Below are positions 35,481-54,339 of a DNA stretch of 64,000 nucleotides, piece after piece. The stretch comes from the human T2T-CHM13v2.0 reference genome, Homo sapiens. The translations under genes were made by a program, and so were the position numbers. How positions within the stretch are numbered: the first letter of the stretch is position 1; the number at the start of each line of letters is the position of its first letter. A model generated the notes under the pieces. The model ran no database searches. It was not told where the DNA came from and was given only the letters and a program-made list of their open reading frames with translations. Where the stretch lies: NCBI RefSeq assembly GCF_009914755.1, contig NC_060928.1. The stretch is one strand, 5' to 3'.

Positions 35481-38055
35481 AACCCCATTGCTCCCAGTGA
35501 GCTCCAAGATTTTTTAAATTCTTTTTTCTTTTATTGAAAAATATAAAATAATAGAGAAAAGCCCATTAAACATATAAAGATGAATTAACAAATAATTATG
35601 AAGTAAAGGAAATTTCTACTCCTCAGAATCGCCCATTTAACTTACCTGTTCTTCTCCTTCACAACCCTGATAATCACTTCCTTGCATATTTAGTGGTTTA
35701 CTACCTATTTAAGCTTCTCTATCCAATAGTTTAATCTAGCAAAGCCTTTTTATGAATGGAATCATAGTGTATGTATTGTTTCATGTCTTTTTTCTCCCCT
35801 CTACTCTACGTGAGAATCATTCACATTGCCTGTGGCTGTAGCTTATTTTCATTACTCTAGAATATTCCAGTGTATGAATTGAACATAATTTATTCATCCA
35901 TTTTCCTTTTTGCTGTTTTTTTTCCTCTTTGCTTATGATGAATTAGTGGTTACATACAAATTCTTTTCATGTACTTGGTTGCACATATGCTTGAGTTGCC
36001 TTAAAGAAAATTCAGAACTGATATTCAGTCAGTACCCACTATGAAGGCCATGCCAATTATCAAAATATTGAAGTATTTTTATTCAGCTTGGTAAAAAGTC
36101 ACTATCCCAAATCCCCAAGTTCCCCTTCAACTCTGTTGCAGCCCTGGGGGCCCCTATTTAGTCACTGCTAAGGAGCTACTCTTTTTGTCCCACCTGATGT
36201 GTGAGTCCATCAACCAGCCCTGATGGTTCTGGGTCTCTGGCTGTCCCCCTAAAACAGAGTAGTCCCTGGAACCCCAGTAGATAAATACCTAGTGTCCATC
36301 TGACCTCCTGTGGCTGTGGCCTCCAGTGCTGTGGGTCAGAACTCCCCTGGAGTCACATGTATATGGCCATTTGTGAGAAATGGAGTTTCCTTTCTGTACT
36401 GGTTGTTAAATATTTTTTGACTAGGAGTGGAATTAAAGTCTTCAACTTTAATAGGCAAGGCCAAGGAATTTCACAGAATGGCTTCACCTACCAGCAGCAG
36501 TGTATGAGAGTCCTCGTTGCTCCACATCCTCACCCATGCTTGGAATTGGCAGACTTTAAAAATCTTAATCTGGTTGTGTGTAAAGATATCTAATTCTGTT
36601 TTTAATTTGTATTGATCTGATTATTAATAAGGATAAGCACCAGTCCTGTACTGGAGTCAGCTCATACTGATTTTGTTGTGCTTATTCTATTAACTACTGA
36701 GAGATGTTTAGAAATCATTATGATTACTCTAATTATCATTACACGTTGTATGTGTGTACTGAAGTATCATAGGTACTTCACAAATATGTACAATTCTTTC
36801 TGTACATATTAAAATTAAAAATAAAAATGAATAAATAACAATAAAATTATTTTAAATAATAACTAAAAATAAAAAGAAACAAAAATACATCATTATTATG
36901 AATTTGTTAATTTCTGAGAGTACTTTTTTTTACTTTACATATCTTGAAGCTTGATATTACGTGCATGCAAGTATTCTGTGTTCCATGTGTTTTAAGAAAT
37001 TTAATGACATTTTTACTATCTTTCCCTGGCAGTGTGTTTTCATTATCTACATTATTTCTTTTAATAGTCCCCTAGTATTCCACCATCTCTTAAATATTTC
37101 AGTTGTTCTATTAAACTTTTAGAAAGCGTAATTTATACTCTTTGTTTCCACTTTTTCACTAACCACATTTCACTCAACTTGTTTGATTTCCATCTCCTTG
37201 TTCTATTGAAACTGTTTTCCCCAATGCAATGCATGAGTTTTTTTTAGTTTGCTATGATTGGAACATCTACTGTGGCCAACTAACCCCTTATATTTCCTTA
37301 AGGTGTGTCTCCAGGTTCCTATCTTGCATCCCCACTCTTTCTATTTGGATATGGTCTTTTCCCTTTTTGAATCTCTGTAGCACTCGTGTTTGCATGACTC
37401 TTCAGGCTTATACATAAATAGGCAAATGAAGCAAAGTAAGTTTTGCTTCATTTTGTCTCATGTTCTGTTACTTGTGCCTTTTTTGACAACCTGTTTCCTA
37501 CCTGTAGCCTCCTTAACTGTAGAGATTGTATTTTATTTACATTTCATATCCTGAAGAGTATACTTCAGAGCCCCGAAAAAATACTAGGTGATTACTAAAT
37601 GCTGGTCAAATTGAATAATGACCTTGGAAACACAATTGGAATTAACACTCTTTTCTGAATGCTTGATATCTGTCTTTTCTTAGTCTTTCCTTCTGTGCTG
37701 CACTTTGATAAACTTCTTTGAAGGTAAAGATGGTCTTTTCCTTTCTATAAATATCAAAGGATCTGCTGAGAATTGTTTTGAGAGGAGAAGGGAGAAGAGG
37801 TTTCAGAATAGTAAATCCTGGGCATTTGAATGTGAGGGCTTCTCCTAATGGAAAAAAAGAAAATCATGGATTCTTCTTATGAGAATGGTTTTACCTTTTG
37901 TGACTTTTCATTTTTGGGCTTCTAGATGTTTTCAAAATTCCCAATGTTATATATACCTTTAGAAATATAATTTCTCTCCCATTATATTAGCATAAATAAT
38001 AATATTTTATAATATTCCATCATTCTCAACTTGAATACCCAAATAGCACATTTGA

Positions 38056-39521
<1,466 letters not shown>

Positions 39522-42500
39522 TAGCTTCTGGCAACCACTAATCTATTTTCTGTTTCTATTGATTTGCCTATTCTGGACATTCCTTGAAAGGGACTAATAA
39601 TGCTGGAGAGTGCTGAAAATGCTGAAATGCTGAAAAGTGGTGGACATGTTAGGGCAGCAGGAGCCTAGGAGAGCCAGAGTAACATCATTTTCAAATAAGC
39701 TCTATCTTAAAACTAGCAAGGCATATTCCTTGCCACTCATGACCTATGGTCCTAAGATGTTTACCACTAAGGAAGCAGCTTGGTAATGCCTGCAAGGACA
39801 AAGTCCTACAACAGAAAAGTCCAGATGTTACAACACCTATAACAATATATGCTTTCAAGATATAGTTATGCTTCGATGGACTTACACATTAAGATATCAA
39901 GGATAGTTTTCTTTAAATCAGTAGAATAATACATTTAGTCATGCTGTCAGCCCACCTGCACATAGGCACAGCTTAGTTTAATCTTTACATAGGCAAGACC
40001 CCTATATAAGAAAAACTTAAAGACAGTGCATTCCTCTGCTTTCATTTTGAGGATGCTTTACTGGGTGACAGAGTGGCTTTCAGTAAACTATCTCTTCTCA
40101 CAGAAATCTGAGACTCACCTTGAATTCCTTCCTGGGTGAGATCCAAGAACCTTTTCTTGGGGTCTGGATCTTGAAAAGACCCCTTTCTAGCATCATCTTC
40201 TGGGGACACTATAAAAGGACCTTAAGATGTTACCTAATGCCAAGGAAATTCAGTCTGCACAACACTCATTGGCCCCTCTGGTAAGTTGGGTCCATCTTGG
40301 TGTCCTCTATTAGGTTTAGGCAAAGCTGATATTCAGGTTAGAGACTAGGCCCATGAGGTTAGAGTCCCTGGGGTATAATAAAAATGGAAGTAGCCTTGCA
40401 AGATCTTTGCCATTGTGTGCTTTGGATTAATCCACCTGATCCCCTTTGCCAGGTATGGAAAAGCTATAGTTCTCATCATTTTCCAGCTTGATGCCTTTGC
40501 TTTTACTGCAGCTCTATGCTGGCCTTGTATGGCTGGGCAAACGCTTCACTACTTTCACTTTTCATGCTTGCCATCTGATTACCACATCTGAAGTTCTCTG
40601 TTTCTCTCTTTTCTTTCTGCCTGTTTTGAATCTGCTGTTATTAGGCTACTGGCATTGAGATAAAGCTTATTGTTCAAAGTTACTTGGAGATTTTGTTTTT
40701 CTTGTAGAGTTCAACCAATTCTGGCTAAAATGTGAACATTAGAAACTCATTTGAAACTGAAGAAAAAAAAAGGCAAAAAAGCTCTTTTTTAAAAAAACCA
40801 AACCCCCACCAAAGACCACTTTACCCAAAGTTTTGGTTTACATATTTCTTTGGATTACTTGTTGGATGTCTGGGTGATTTCCAATTAAGAAAGTTTATGA
40901 TATGGGAAAAGATGTTTCTGAAATTGTGGAATGGTTTTATCTATAAAATGCTAACATCTGACAAATATTTCAGGATTTCCTGCTTCCTAAGTTTCTGGAT
41001 TCATGGATGAGTGAGTGACCTTTGTTGTCCCTTCTCTTCCCTTTCTTGTCCCTTTTCCTTTTTGCACTCTGCTTAGCCTTCTGAACCCAAGAAGACACTG
41101 AGATACCCACGTTCCTTTTATTCCCCAGGGATTGGGGGTTAGGGGTCCCTGGTTGTTGGATCCTTTGGGCCACGTCTGCTGAGGAGCCTGGAGTTATGGG
41201 ATCCTCCAGGTCGGCTGCCACCCTGTTGGACAGGGTTTTTCAGCCTTTAGGGGTCTAGGGTTGCAATGTCTCCCTGACGGATAAAGTGTTTGAGGTACAG
41301 AGAGATATTTGTCAGCACCTACTGCTTCTTGGTCCCCCTTGTCCCCTTTTTCTGTTGCATACTTGCTGTCTGTGCCTCACTAGTGATGGATGTCGACCTA
41401 TGCTTGCATGCCCTGAAGTTAATAGCTACCATTTTCTTTCTGATCTTGATGATTTTTGTTCTTTGGGTTATTTAATTTGGCATCTCTCTGGACAGGATTG
41501 CAGAGAAAAGCCTCCTGGGATCTAGTCTTATTGAGAAAAAGAATCATTTTGTCAAATTCAGAAGTTATCTAAAGGTCAACTCAAATTATGAACTTGAAAA
41601 TAATTACTTATGAAACAAAGTGAGAAAGAACCAGTAAGTAGGGAAGAGAGAGAGAGACATAAAGTTATGGATATGAAGATATATTTTTTGGTAACTCAGG
41701 TTATAAAGAAAAGAGAATAATTTTGCATGAAAAAGGATCTTGTATGGTAAATTTCTGTCCTAAAATAAAATGACTGATTAAGAAAAAGGGAAGTTTAGGA
41801 CAAGTCAGAAAGTCCAAGCTTGCTGTAGGTGGTCTATATAAGTTGTGATAAGCTTTGTGAAGGGGAATTTATGAAAGGAATTTTGTATGTGATTAAGTTG
41901 GTTATAATTAAAAGGAAATAATTTATAATACTCTTTCTAGGGTTAGTCCCCTATGTTAAAACAAGATTTTCTTAAGGTGTTGATTTGCTCTTAATGAAAT
42001 TGCAAGAAATTTTACTTTTAATTTTATAATCTGTTTCTTTTAAAAATTTCTCAATCATATCTCAGTTCAACTTTTCTGTGTCCTGCTGCTTTCAGCTTTT
42101 TCTCCCCTTGAGAAGCCTGAGACAATAACTCTCTCCTACAGCATTTTTGTTAGCTCCTGTAACTTTTTTCTTCCAGTTCTAACTGTTGTTGTGGCCTAAT
42201 GCTAAAATGTTTTATGTTGCAAGTTTAGAGAAGCAATTCTTTCCTCCAGTATAATTTGATTTTGTACTCTTGGCTTTTCTTGATATGTCTAAATTTTCAA
42301 TGTAATCAGAAAACTCATGCTCTTCCCAAGAGTCACATATTCCCCCGCTCTACTGATAACCTTGAACACACCTGTGTCTTGTTAAATTCAAGCACTTTTT
42401 TTCCCATCAAGTTTGACTTCCAGACTATCTAAGTGAGCTTCTCACAAGGAGAAGCAGTCATATTGCAGAAGTTCTTTTTCGACTTTTTGGTAACTGACTT

Positions 42501-43641
42501 AAGAAACAGGATTTCGTATTCCTATGTCTTTATTAGGTTTTCAACTGCTTTTAAAAAACTTGGGATTTAAAAGGGCTAAAGTTTTTACATCCATATGACC
42601 TTCTGTAGGTTCTCTTTAAAGTCTTTTAATTACCAATTTGGTTAAATGAGTAACTATTATTTTACAGTGACCTGTGCTTCTGTTTTTATCAAATGTTTTA
42701 AGCCTTCATCATTTTTAACAAACATCCTCACAATTAAACCCTAAATGAAGTCTGACTAATTGCTGGGGATTATTAAAGCTATCAAAACTAATCAAACAAA
42801 GTTATAAAATCTTTTTACAGCTTCCAGTCGGGTCATGGACTTCATTATCACCATCTCTAGCTCCCTTGTAAAAGGTTCTTATCAGGTACTATTAATTAAT
42901 ACTGTGCTGTTAAGTTACAGGGCTTTGACTCCTTAGTACACATATGTTAGCTAAAGAAGGCACTGACTCATGCAAGTATCTGACATCAAACTCAAGTTAA
43001 CCAAAGCCTTGTCTCTGGACCTGGGCAAAGGCAACAGAGTAAACAGCTTTCATGAAACACAGGGACAGGCCTGTATTAATAACCATTAAGATTTATTTAA
43101 TAATTTTGCCTTTACCTGAAATCATCCTTATGTTTTGTTTTACCCCCAGAATTTGAAACTATGAAATCCTGCCAGGCCCAGAGACTATCACATGAGATTG
43201 TAAAGGCTGGTTTTGAGGAGTAAAATTAATTCAGACCCTCCAAATCAAGGATGGTACACAGATTCCTAAATAGCTGAACAAAATGCTGTGATTTGTATAA
43301 CTAATTGCTAAAAGCCCAGATTGCAGTAGGTTGATGCATAGAATTTATAGATAAGTCAATTTCGTAACTTTGCTTTTTGGCTTTTGGTTTTGGGATTTAT
43401 TTTGCTTAAAAGAGGTGTTAAGGTTAATGAATGTCTACTCACTTCCATTCCCATCTGGCCTAGTGCATTAGTTGGCTGTAAGTCTTTTGACTCTAAGTCC
43501 CCTAGCCATAGAGTTTCCAGCAAGGGCCATGATGGATCTGGGACAGATAACACATCTTTGGGACATGATAACACACATTCAGCATCAATATGGGACAAAA
43601 TAAAAGCTTGGCATACCTTGACAAAAAGGACGGAATATAAA

Positions 43642-45098
<1,457 letters not shown>

Positions 45099-45609
45099 AA
45101 TGAGGGGACTTAGTCTTATTAAAAACTTGGAAAGAGGGAATCCCTCAAAGATTAATTACAACCCAAATGGAAGGGCCCCTATCAGGTTATTTTTAAGCAC
45201 CTCCACTGCTGTTAAATTTCAGTTGAATGACTAGCTGAGTACACATGTCCAAAATTAAACCTGTTTCTTGAGTCCCTGCAGGCACCTGAGAAAATCACAA
45301 CCCACACTTGCGAACCCCTAGGAGACCTAAAGCTGTGGTTTTACAAATAAACAGATAAGTAACATTCCTACTCTTTCCTATAGGTACTCAATCTTCTTAA
45401 CAACTCCCATCCCACACAGGTTTGCATCCCCAGCAGATACATATGGCTATGTGGTCACCCATTCGATCAGCCTATAAAAGACTTGTCTTATTTGATATTG
45501 TGAAACCCATGGTTATCAGTGTATATGAAAATGTTTGGTTCAGGGGTCAATGTACAATATGACAAGCAAAGTCCTCTAATACACAGTTATATAAAATCAC
45601 TCACCTGAG

Positions 45610-46207
45610 AGCTAAGTGGACAATTGGCCTTATATTGGCTGGAGTTGGAGCCCCAGAGGGAAAATTTGCCTATTATTAGGCAACTCTTCAAAACTTTACT
45701 TATTCGTTTCTAAACACTGTCTCATAAAATGGGGGATGCTTTAGATGAATTAAGATTAGCACTAGATTACTTATTCGTTGAAAATTAGCACTAGATTTCT
45801 TATTGGTTGAACAAGGAGGAGTGTGCACCATAATCAATATAACCTGCTGCAGTTATGTAAACACCTCAGGTCACATAGAGGAAGATATACAGAAAATACA
45901 TGAACAAGCTGTGTGGTTGCGTAAATATAACCAAGGCACCAATCCCAACTGTATCTGGTCAGCCATTAGAAGCACCCTCCTGAGTCTCACTTGGTTGTTG
46001 CCCTTCCTAGGAACTTTGATAGTTGTCTTATTATTAATCTTTGGCCCTTGCTTGTTTAAATTCTTGGTAAAGTTTGTGTTTTTTAGATTACAACAATTCC
46101 ACATAAAGATGATACTGACACAAAGCTTCCAATCCATCCCGTCTTCTGAACCGGGAAATAAAGACACCCTGCCTTTAGGTGTCTTTAGATCTAGATCAGG
46201 CATCTAG
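45610..46207 (+). pseudogene. Gammaretroviral env TM remnant
   Basis: LALDFLLVEQGGVCTIINITCC (ISD + CX6CC), heptad region, TM segment WLLPFLGTLIVVLLLIFGPC. Confidence 0.85.
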
Positions 46208-47522
46208 AGATTTTTACTCCTCCAATACTTGGCAGGGTCTATGCCCGTAGACTCATCAGGATACCATGTAAATGAGGACCTCCCTTGGTACCCCAGAGGC
46301 CAATTGTAGACCCTTATGAGAAAATCCTGTCCCCAAAATGAACATCCACTGTCAGCAGGAAGAAGTTACAGAAGACCAGCCTTTGCTCTTACGATTAAGG
46401 GTCCTCTTGTAAGTAGAGAGGGGAATGTTAGGAAAGCAGGAGCCTAGGTGATCCAGAGTGACACCATTTTAAAATAAACTCCACCTGAAAACTAGCAAGG
46501 CATCTGCACACATCTGTTTAGCAAGTATATCCTTCTGTAACTGGAATAAAAAGCGTTATTTTAGAATATGCCTATAGTTTGTAATAATTAGCCGAGGGAA
46601 AAAAAGTTCACATTGGTGTAGGAAAAGTGCCCTAATGGTCATGGGTAATAATGGGACCGTGGTTCTGGTCAGTGATTTGATGGAAGGGGTGTAGATAATA
46701 TATTGTTGTAAATAATAAAAATAAAAAATTGTTGTAAGTAATAAAAATAAAATAATATTGTTGTAAGTAATAAAGTAGGAGAAATATTTGGTCTTTTGCT
46801 TTTGGGTTAGTGCAACAGTAGTACCATTACTTGGAGGAGAAGTTAGAGAAGGACAAGAATAGGCTTGAATAAGATGAGTGAGAAGAGAGAAAAATTCCGT
46901 AAGTGGAGATGGCCAGGGAACACCAGGGCAGCAGAATCTAACTCTGAATTTAATGCTGTTGTCTGTTCATATTGCACTGCGCTGTAATCTCCCTATCTTT
47001 CCTAAACCATTGGCAAAGTCTGCTATCCACTGGGGCCTTGGGTCGGTGGTGCTTTGGGAAATACCAGAAGAGGGAAAGTACGGCAAATGTGCAGTGTCAC
47101 AGATGATAGGAGGAAAGCTGGCCAGTGGGATGATTAAAACAATTTCGGTGGGAGTGGGAATTCAGACCATGTAAATGGTCTGAATTAAGAAAATTTCAAG
47201 AAACAAAAAATGTTTCTAATGAGCCAAAGTGAAAGCTCTTCATGATTTCTTTATAGAGGCTCTCTAGTGCTTGTCCTAATTTCCTGAAATCTCATGGGTA
47301 TCTTACTCTCCTGGTGCCCACCTCAAACATTCACTGTAGCAATTATATGAGCAGCCTGGAGAATCCCAATCCCAGTGGTCTTGCTCCCTGGATCTACTTT
47401 CTCTTAAAAATCATTCCCCTAAGTTTCCGTCACTTGGTTGAAGTTTAGTAGATATCTCCACATCTCCAGCTAGAACAGCACCAGAATTTCAGGACTAGGG
47501 CAATAGAGTCTGATATTAAATT

Positions 47523-47527
47523 CTATT

Positions 47528-47618
<91 letters not shown>
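47523..47618. repeat. (TATC)n / GATA tetranucleotide STR, interrupted
   Basis: Direct observation. Confidence 0.97.
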
Positions 47619-47869
47619 CAGAACAATTTGTGGGATAGTAGCTTTGGGGTCCCAGATCTAGGATGGGCCTGGTCCTCCATGCTGGTTCTCCTGGGTGATA
47701 TTTCTGTTAGTTTGAACAGTAATCACACTTTTATTACTGTTTCATCTTTTTTTTTTTTTCTCTTAGACTGATTTTATCATGTGTATAAAACATACACACA
47801 CCTACATCTCAAGGATAAACATTAATCCTTGAAAAATATGTGGTCTAAAACTATATTGAGGAGAGAAAG

Positions 47870-48700
47870 ATAGGACACTTTAATTGCCACATGATTAACA
47901 CGAGGTCACCACACAGCTTTCACAAATCTACAAGTCATTCTATTTAGGCTGAGTCAAGTTCTCCCTTGGGCCAGCCAGAGCACAAATAATGGAGCAATGT
48001 GACTCTTCAATGACAGATCTCTGATTTCCAGAAAAGAGACTTTGAAATACCCAATTCTAGTAAATATGCAATTAAATTTCCAGCTAAATGACCTTTGCTC
48101 CTGTAGTCTTCATCTTGGGGAAGGGAAAGAAGTCTTATTCTGTTTAATAGTTTGATTTTTATAATAGGGTTTGTCTCTGTTATAAATCTTGTTTGATATT
48201 TAAAATGTTAGCTAAGAGAAAACTTCTGTTTGTTTTTATTTAGTGGGAAGAAACTAACCCTCATTGAGTGCCTAGTTAACATCAGGCACTTTGTACACAT
48301 AATCAATTGAATCTTGACCACAACCCTGTGAGGTAAGTATTATGTAACATATTAACAAATAAGACAACATGCTTACCCCGTTTGATCTTTTCAGTGTTTG
48401 TTAGGGAAGCAGAGGTTTGATTTGAAGTCTGTTTGATTACAAAGTTCATGTTTGCTGTCAAATTGCTGATCTTGAAAGTTTTAGGCTGTTCGATGAAATT
48501 TGGGCTTTGTAGTCTCCCCTCTCTTGCTGTTATCTGTAAATAGAACTTTGAGAAATTGTTCAGTTTTATGTTTGAGAGATTGTTTACATTTGAGATTTTG
48601 TACTGTTATTGTTGTAAAGTTAATGGTTACTCTATCGGATTACTACTTTAGGTCATAGTTAGAATGCAGGAAAAATATTTTTTCATCATTAGATGAGTAT
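47870..48700. promoter_or_regulatory. Candidate liver enhancer ~13 kb upstream of ADH4
   Basis: Cluster of FOXA-like sites (48190, 48227, 48430, 48581), DR1/HNF4-like sites (48089-48101, 48440-48448), an HNF1-like site (48619-48630) and AP-1 (47950-47956). The position agrees with my recollection of a reported FOXA-dependent ADH4 enhancer. Confidence 0.55.
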
Positions 48701-49796
48701 CTGTAAGTCAACAATTCATACTAATATAATTATTTTAGTATTGAGATACCAGGCAAATATAACTTTTCTGTATTACTCAGATTTTACTTAAACATTACCT
48801 CTTCAAGGTGGGCCTCCCTAAATCTCTCAGACTAGGTCAGGACCCTGAGTTACAAGCCACCTATACTTTTCCTTCATAGTACTTTAAACTTTTATTAATA
48901 CTTTCAAAATTTGGTGGGCTCACTTTTATCTCAGTTTCATCTTGCGATTTCTCTGGGATGAATATAACATGCAAGACTGAAGTGCACTTGCAGAATAGCA
49001 GGGAAACGTTCACAGAATGGACCTGAGCTGCCCTGAGGCAGGGTCAGTGTAATGGGTTATTCCTCAAGAAAATGAAGGTCAGAGACTGGAAGATAATGAA
49101 GAAAGAGACACTGAGTTGTCAAACATCGCATATGTTTTATTGGATATTAATGAAATACGAAATGAGTGATCATATGTCAAACACCTTCACATTCTGCTAG
49201 TGGTAGAAACAAAGCACAGTCGTCAAATCAAATAAAAAAACCTAAAAGCCAGAGAACATAGCTCTAAAGACAATGAATGCCATATTTTCTAAAAGGCTTA
49301 GTACAAATATAAAAATATCTAAGTATTTTATACACACACATTGCTATTTTAGTATTTACAGTTTATCTTAGGACTATACTTTCAGAGTTCATTTCTACAG
49401 TTCGTTACAGCTTACCTCGAAAACTAAAATCTGCTTTCCAATCTAAAATAAGTCTACCTTTTCATTCTGGCTTGGAACAGCCAATAATCTTTTTCTAATA
49501 TTTACCACAATTTGTAATCATCTATTATTTGTGTGTTTATGTGTTTAATGTCGATTCCCCTTATGAGACTGTAAGCTCTGTGAAGGTAAGGACCGTGTCT
49601 GTTCTGTTCAAATCATGTACTCAGTGCCTCCCTACTAATAATGCCTGACCTACTGTCATTTTATAGACTACTTGTTTACTGAATGTGGAGTGACTAGGGC
49701 CAGGAACGTCTGCACACTGAGCCAGCTTGAAATAATGACAGAATAAATTTGGCCTCTGTAGCATGAACGTTAATGTTGCTTAAAAATCTTTCTTGT

Positions 49797-50161
<365 letters not shown>

Positions 50162-51349
50162 TCATTGTACGTTTTGCAGATCCATGGATGATTCTGGGTT
50201 TAGTTCTTTGTGAGACTGCCAGAAACTCCCAGAGGCTGGATCTATGCATAAAGAGAGGCCATTGGAGAGAATGTCTACTGAATTGCTGAAGACAATTGCT
50301 ACCGAGAATAGATCGTAACTTAGGAAGAAACAATTCAGTACCAAAAGAGTAATTGGAGCCCTTCTGGAAAACACTAGTAAGGTACCTCAAGACTTGTAGA
50401 TGCTAGATAAAAATAGCATGCTGTTGAAGACTTTTAAAGGCCTAATTTTACGTTGTGCACATGTACCCTAAAACTTAAAGTATAATAAAAAAATTACATA
50501 AATAACGTTTGTTATAGATGTAAGTTAGGGTGGTTTTAATCTATCTTCCCCAGGTAAATAACTGTATAATTATATTTTGATAATGGCCAGCAGGTCTTTA
50601 CATTCTTCAGGTTTTCTCTTCCAGATATATGTACTATCTCTTGGTCTATAGATGGCACTCTAGCTATCAGGATACCATGAAAAAAAATCTGGGATATTGG
50701 AAAGGGCACATTTTTTTTTGAGGTCATCAGGGTGCTCAATGCAAACCATGGTTGAACACTTAAAGATGTCCAGTAGCTGCTTGAAATTTCCTGATAAAGA
50801 GCTACAAGCACCATGTTCTGCCAGCAGTCATAGGCACTTGGATTTTCTCTCTTCAGATTTAGCTTCTTCTCCTTTTGTCAAACTGCCTGGACAGAGATGC
50901 AATTGCTCCTGGTCCTAGAGTCTGTCCACAGCCCTCAACTTTCTAGTTGTTATCTCCCCAGAGATAATATGAGTTGTAATCTTCCAAAGATGCTAGATGT
51001 CTAGAATCATTTCCAGAATGCTCCCCGGACCATCATAAAAATAAAGCACCTGCTAATTCCCCCCAGGACTCAAGTCATGCCTGTTCATGTATCTTCCATT
51101 CAATTTGCAGCATATCTGTGGTTTAGGACAGTCTTTCTCGAGTGATCCATAGTGAAGGATGACTTTTTGTTTGTTTTATTTTCAGTGTATTGTGGACTGG
51201 TACTTTGTGTAAAATATAATAAAATTAGTTGTTAGAAATGTAAAATCGTAAATAAAAACAGACATACAAAATACAAACTGCATTTTTTATTAGTAGATTC
51301 AAAAGACAAAATTACTCTGCCAATGTGCTATAGTAGTTTCTTTTCTGAC

Positions 51350-52410
<1,061 letters not shown>

Positions 52411-52419
52411 TCACATTGA

Positions 52420-52850
52420 ATAGGGCTGACTGTGCAACTAATAAGATGTTGTGGAGATGACAGTGTGTGACATCTGAGGCTATGTCATAAAATACATTGT
52501 GACTTCTCACTGTTTCTGGGAGAAGTCAGCTTTCATATCACAAAGACACTCAAGCAGCACTGTGAAGAGGCGCAGGTGGTAAAACTGAAGACCTTCACAA
52601 ACAGCCAGCACTAATTTGCCAACCAAATGACGGTCTTTGGAAAACAGATCCTCTGGCCTCAGGCAAGTCTTCAAAGACTACAGTCCCAGTCAACCTTTCA
52701 CTGCAACCTCATGGTAAACCCCGCACTGGTACATCAAGCTGCTCCTGAATTCCTGACTCACAGAAACTGTGAGAGAATAAATGTGGTTGTTCTGGGACAC
52801 TAGGTTTTGGGGTAATCTGTTATGCACCAATAGATAACAAATAGAGACCA
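52420..52850 (+). mobile_element. MLT1-type MaLR LTR
   Basis: aattcctgactcacagaaactgtgagagaataaatg…ttttggggtaatctgttatgcaccaatagataac. Confidence 0.75.
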
Positions 52851-52952
52851 GTACATAAATCAATACATTACTTCCATCTGTGTGATAGGTGTTATGATAG
52901 AAGTAGAATACAAGGTGTGGTACAGACAGAGCGGATCTGAAGTAGTAGCCTG

Positions 52953-53480
<528 letters not shown>

Positions 53481-53981
53481 CTACCAAATTAGTAACTCTA
53501 CCGAGGGAATGCTACAATTCAAGTTTTCATGTTTTCCGCAAGCCTGCTATAAATTATTACTTGTTGATTACAAAATAATCAGCAAAATACAAGTATTTAT
53601 TCCTTTGTACATGGAAGCAACCAAACACTTTTTTTTTGGAATGAAGGTCTACAAGTGATGACAATCTATATTTGTCTTCCTGGTTAAGTACAACTGTAAC
53701 CAGGGGGGTGGACTCTTGAATTCATGTTTCTCTTTATTTTTTCAATGTTGAGAAGGTAACCAACAATACATGTGGCCAAATAAAAAGCTTTCACATAAAA
53801 CATTTCAAAAATTTTTAATTCATTGATCCTCTCCTTCCCTCACCCCCAATAAATTTTTTAGTTAACTGGGATGCCTCCTCATTCACAGAATGAAGGACCC
53901 ATGCTAGCATTTGGGTTACTTTGGTGGCAATGTCAGCTCAGACTCTGCATCTGAGAGTTCTTTAAAGATATGGGTATTTCT

Positions 53982-54323
<342 letters not shown>

Positions 54324-54339
54324 TTAATACTGGTTTATC

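Noticed and set aside
46695-46775. Three spaced copies of TTGTTGTAA.TAATAAA
   Set aside because: Simple AT-rich minisatellite; no unique spacers, not CRISPR-like.
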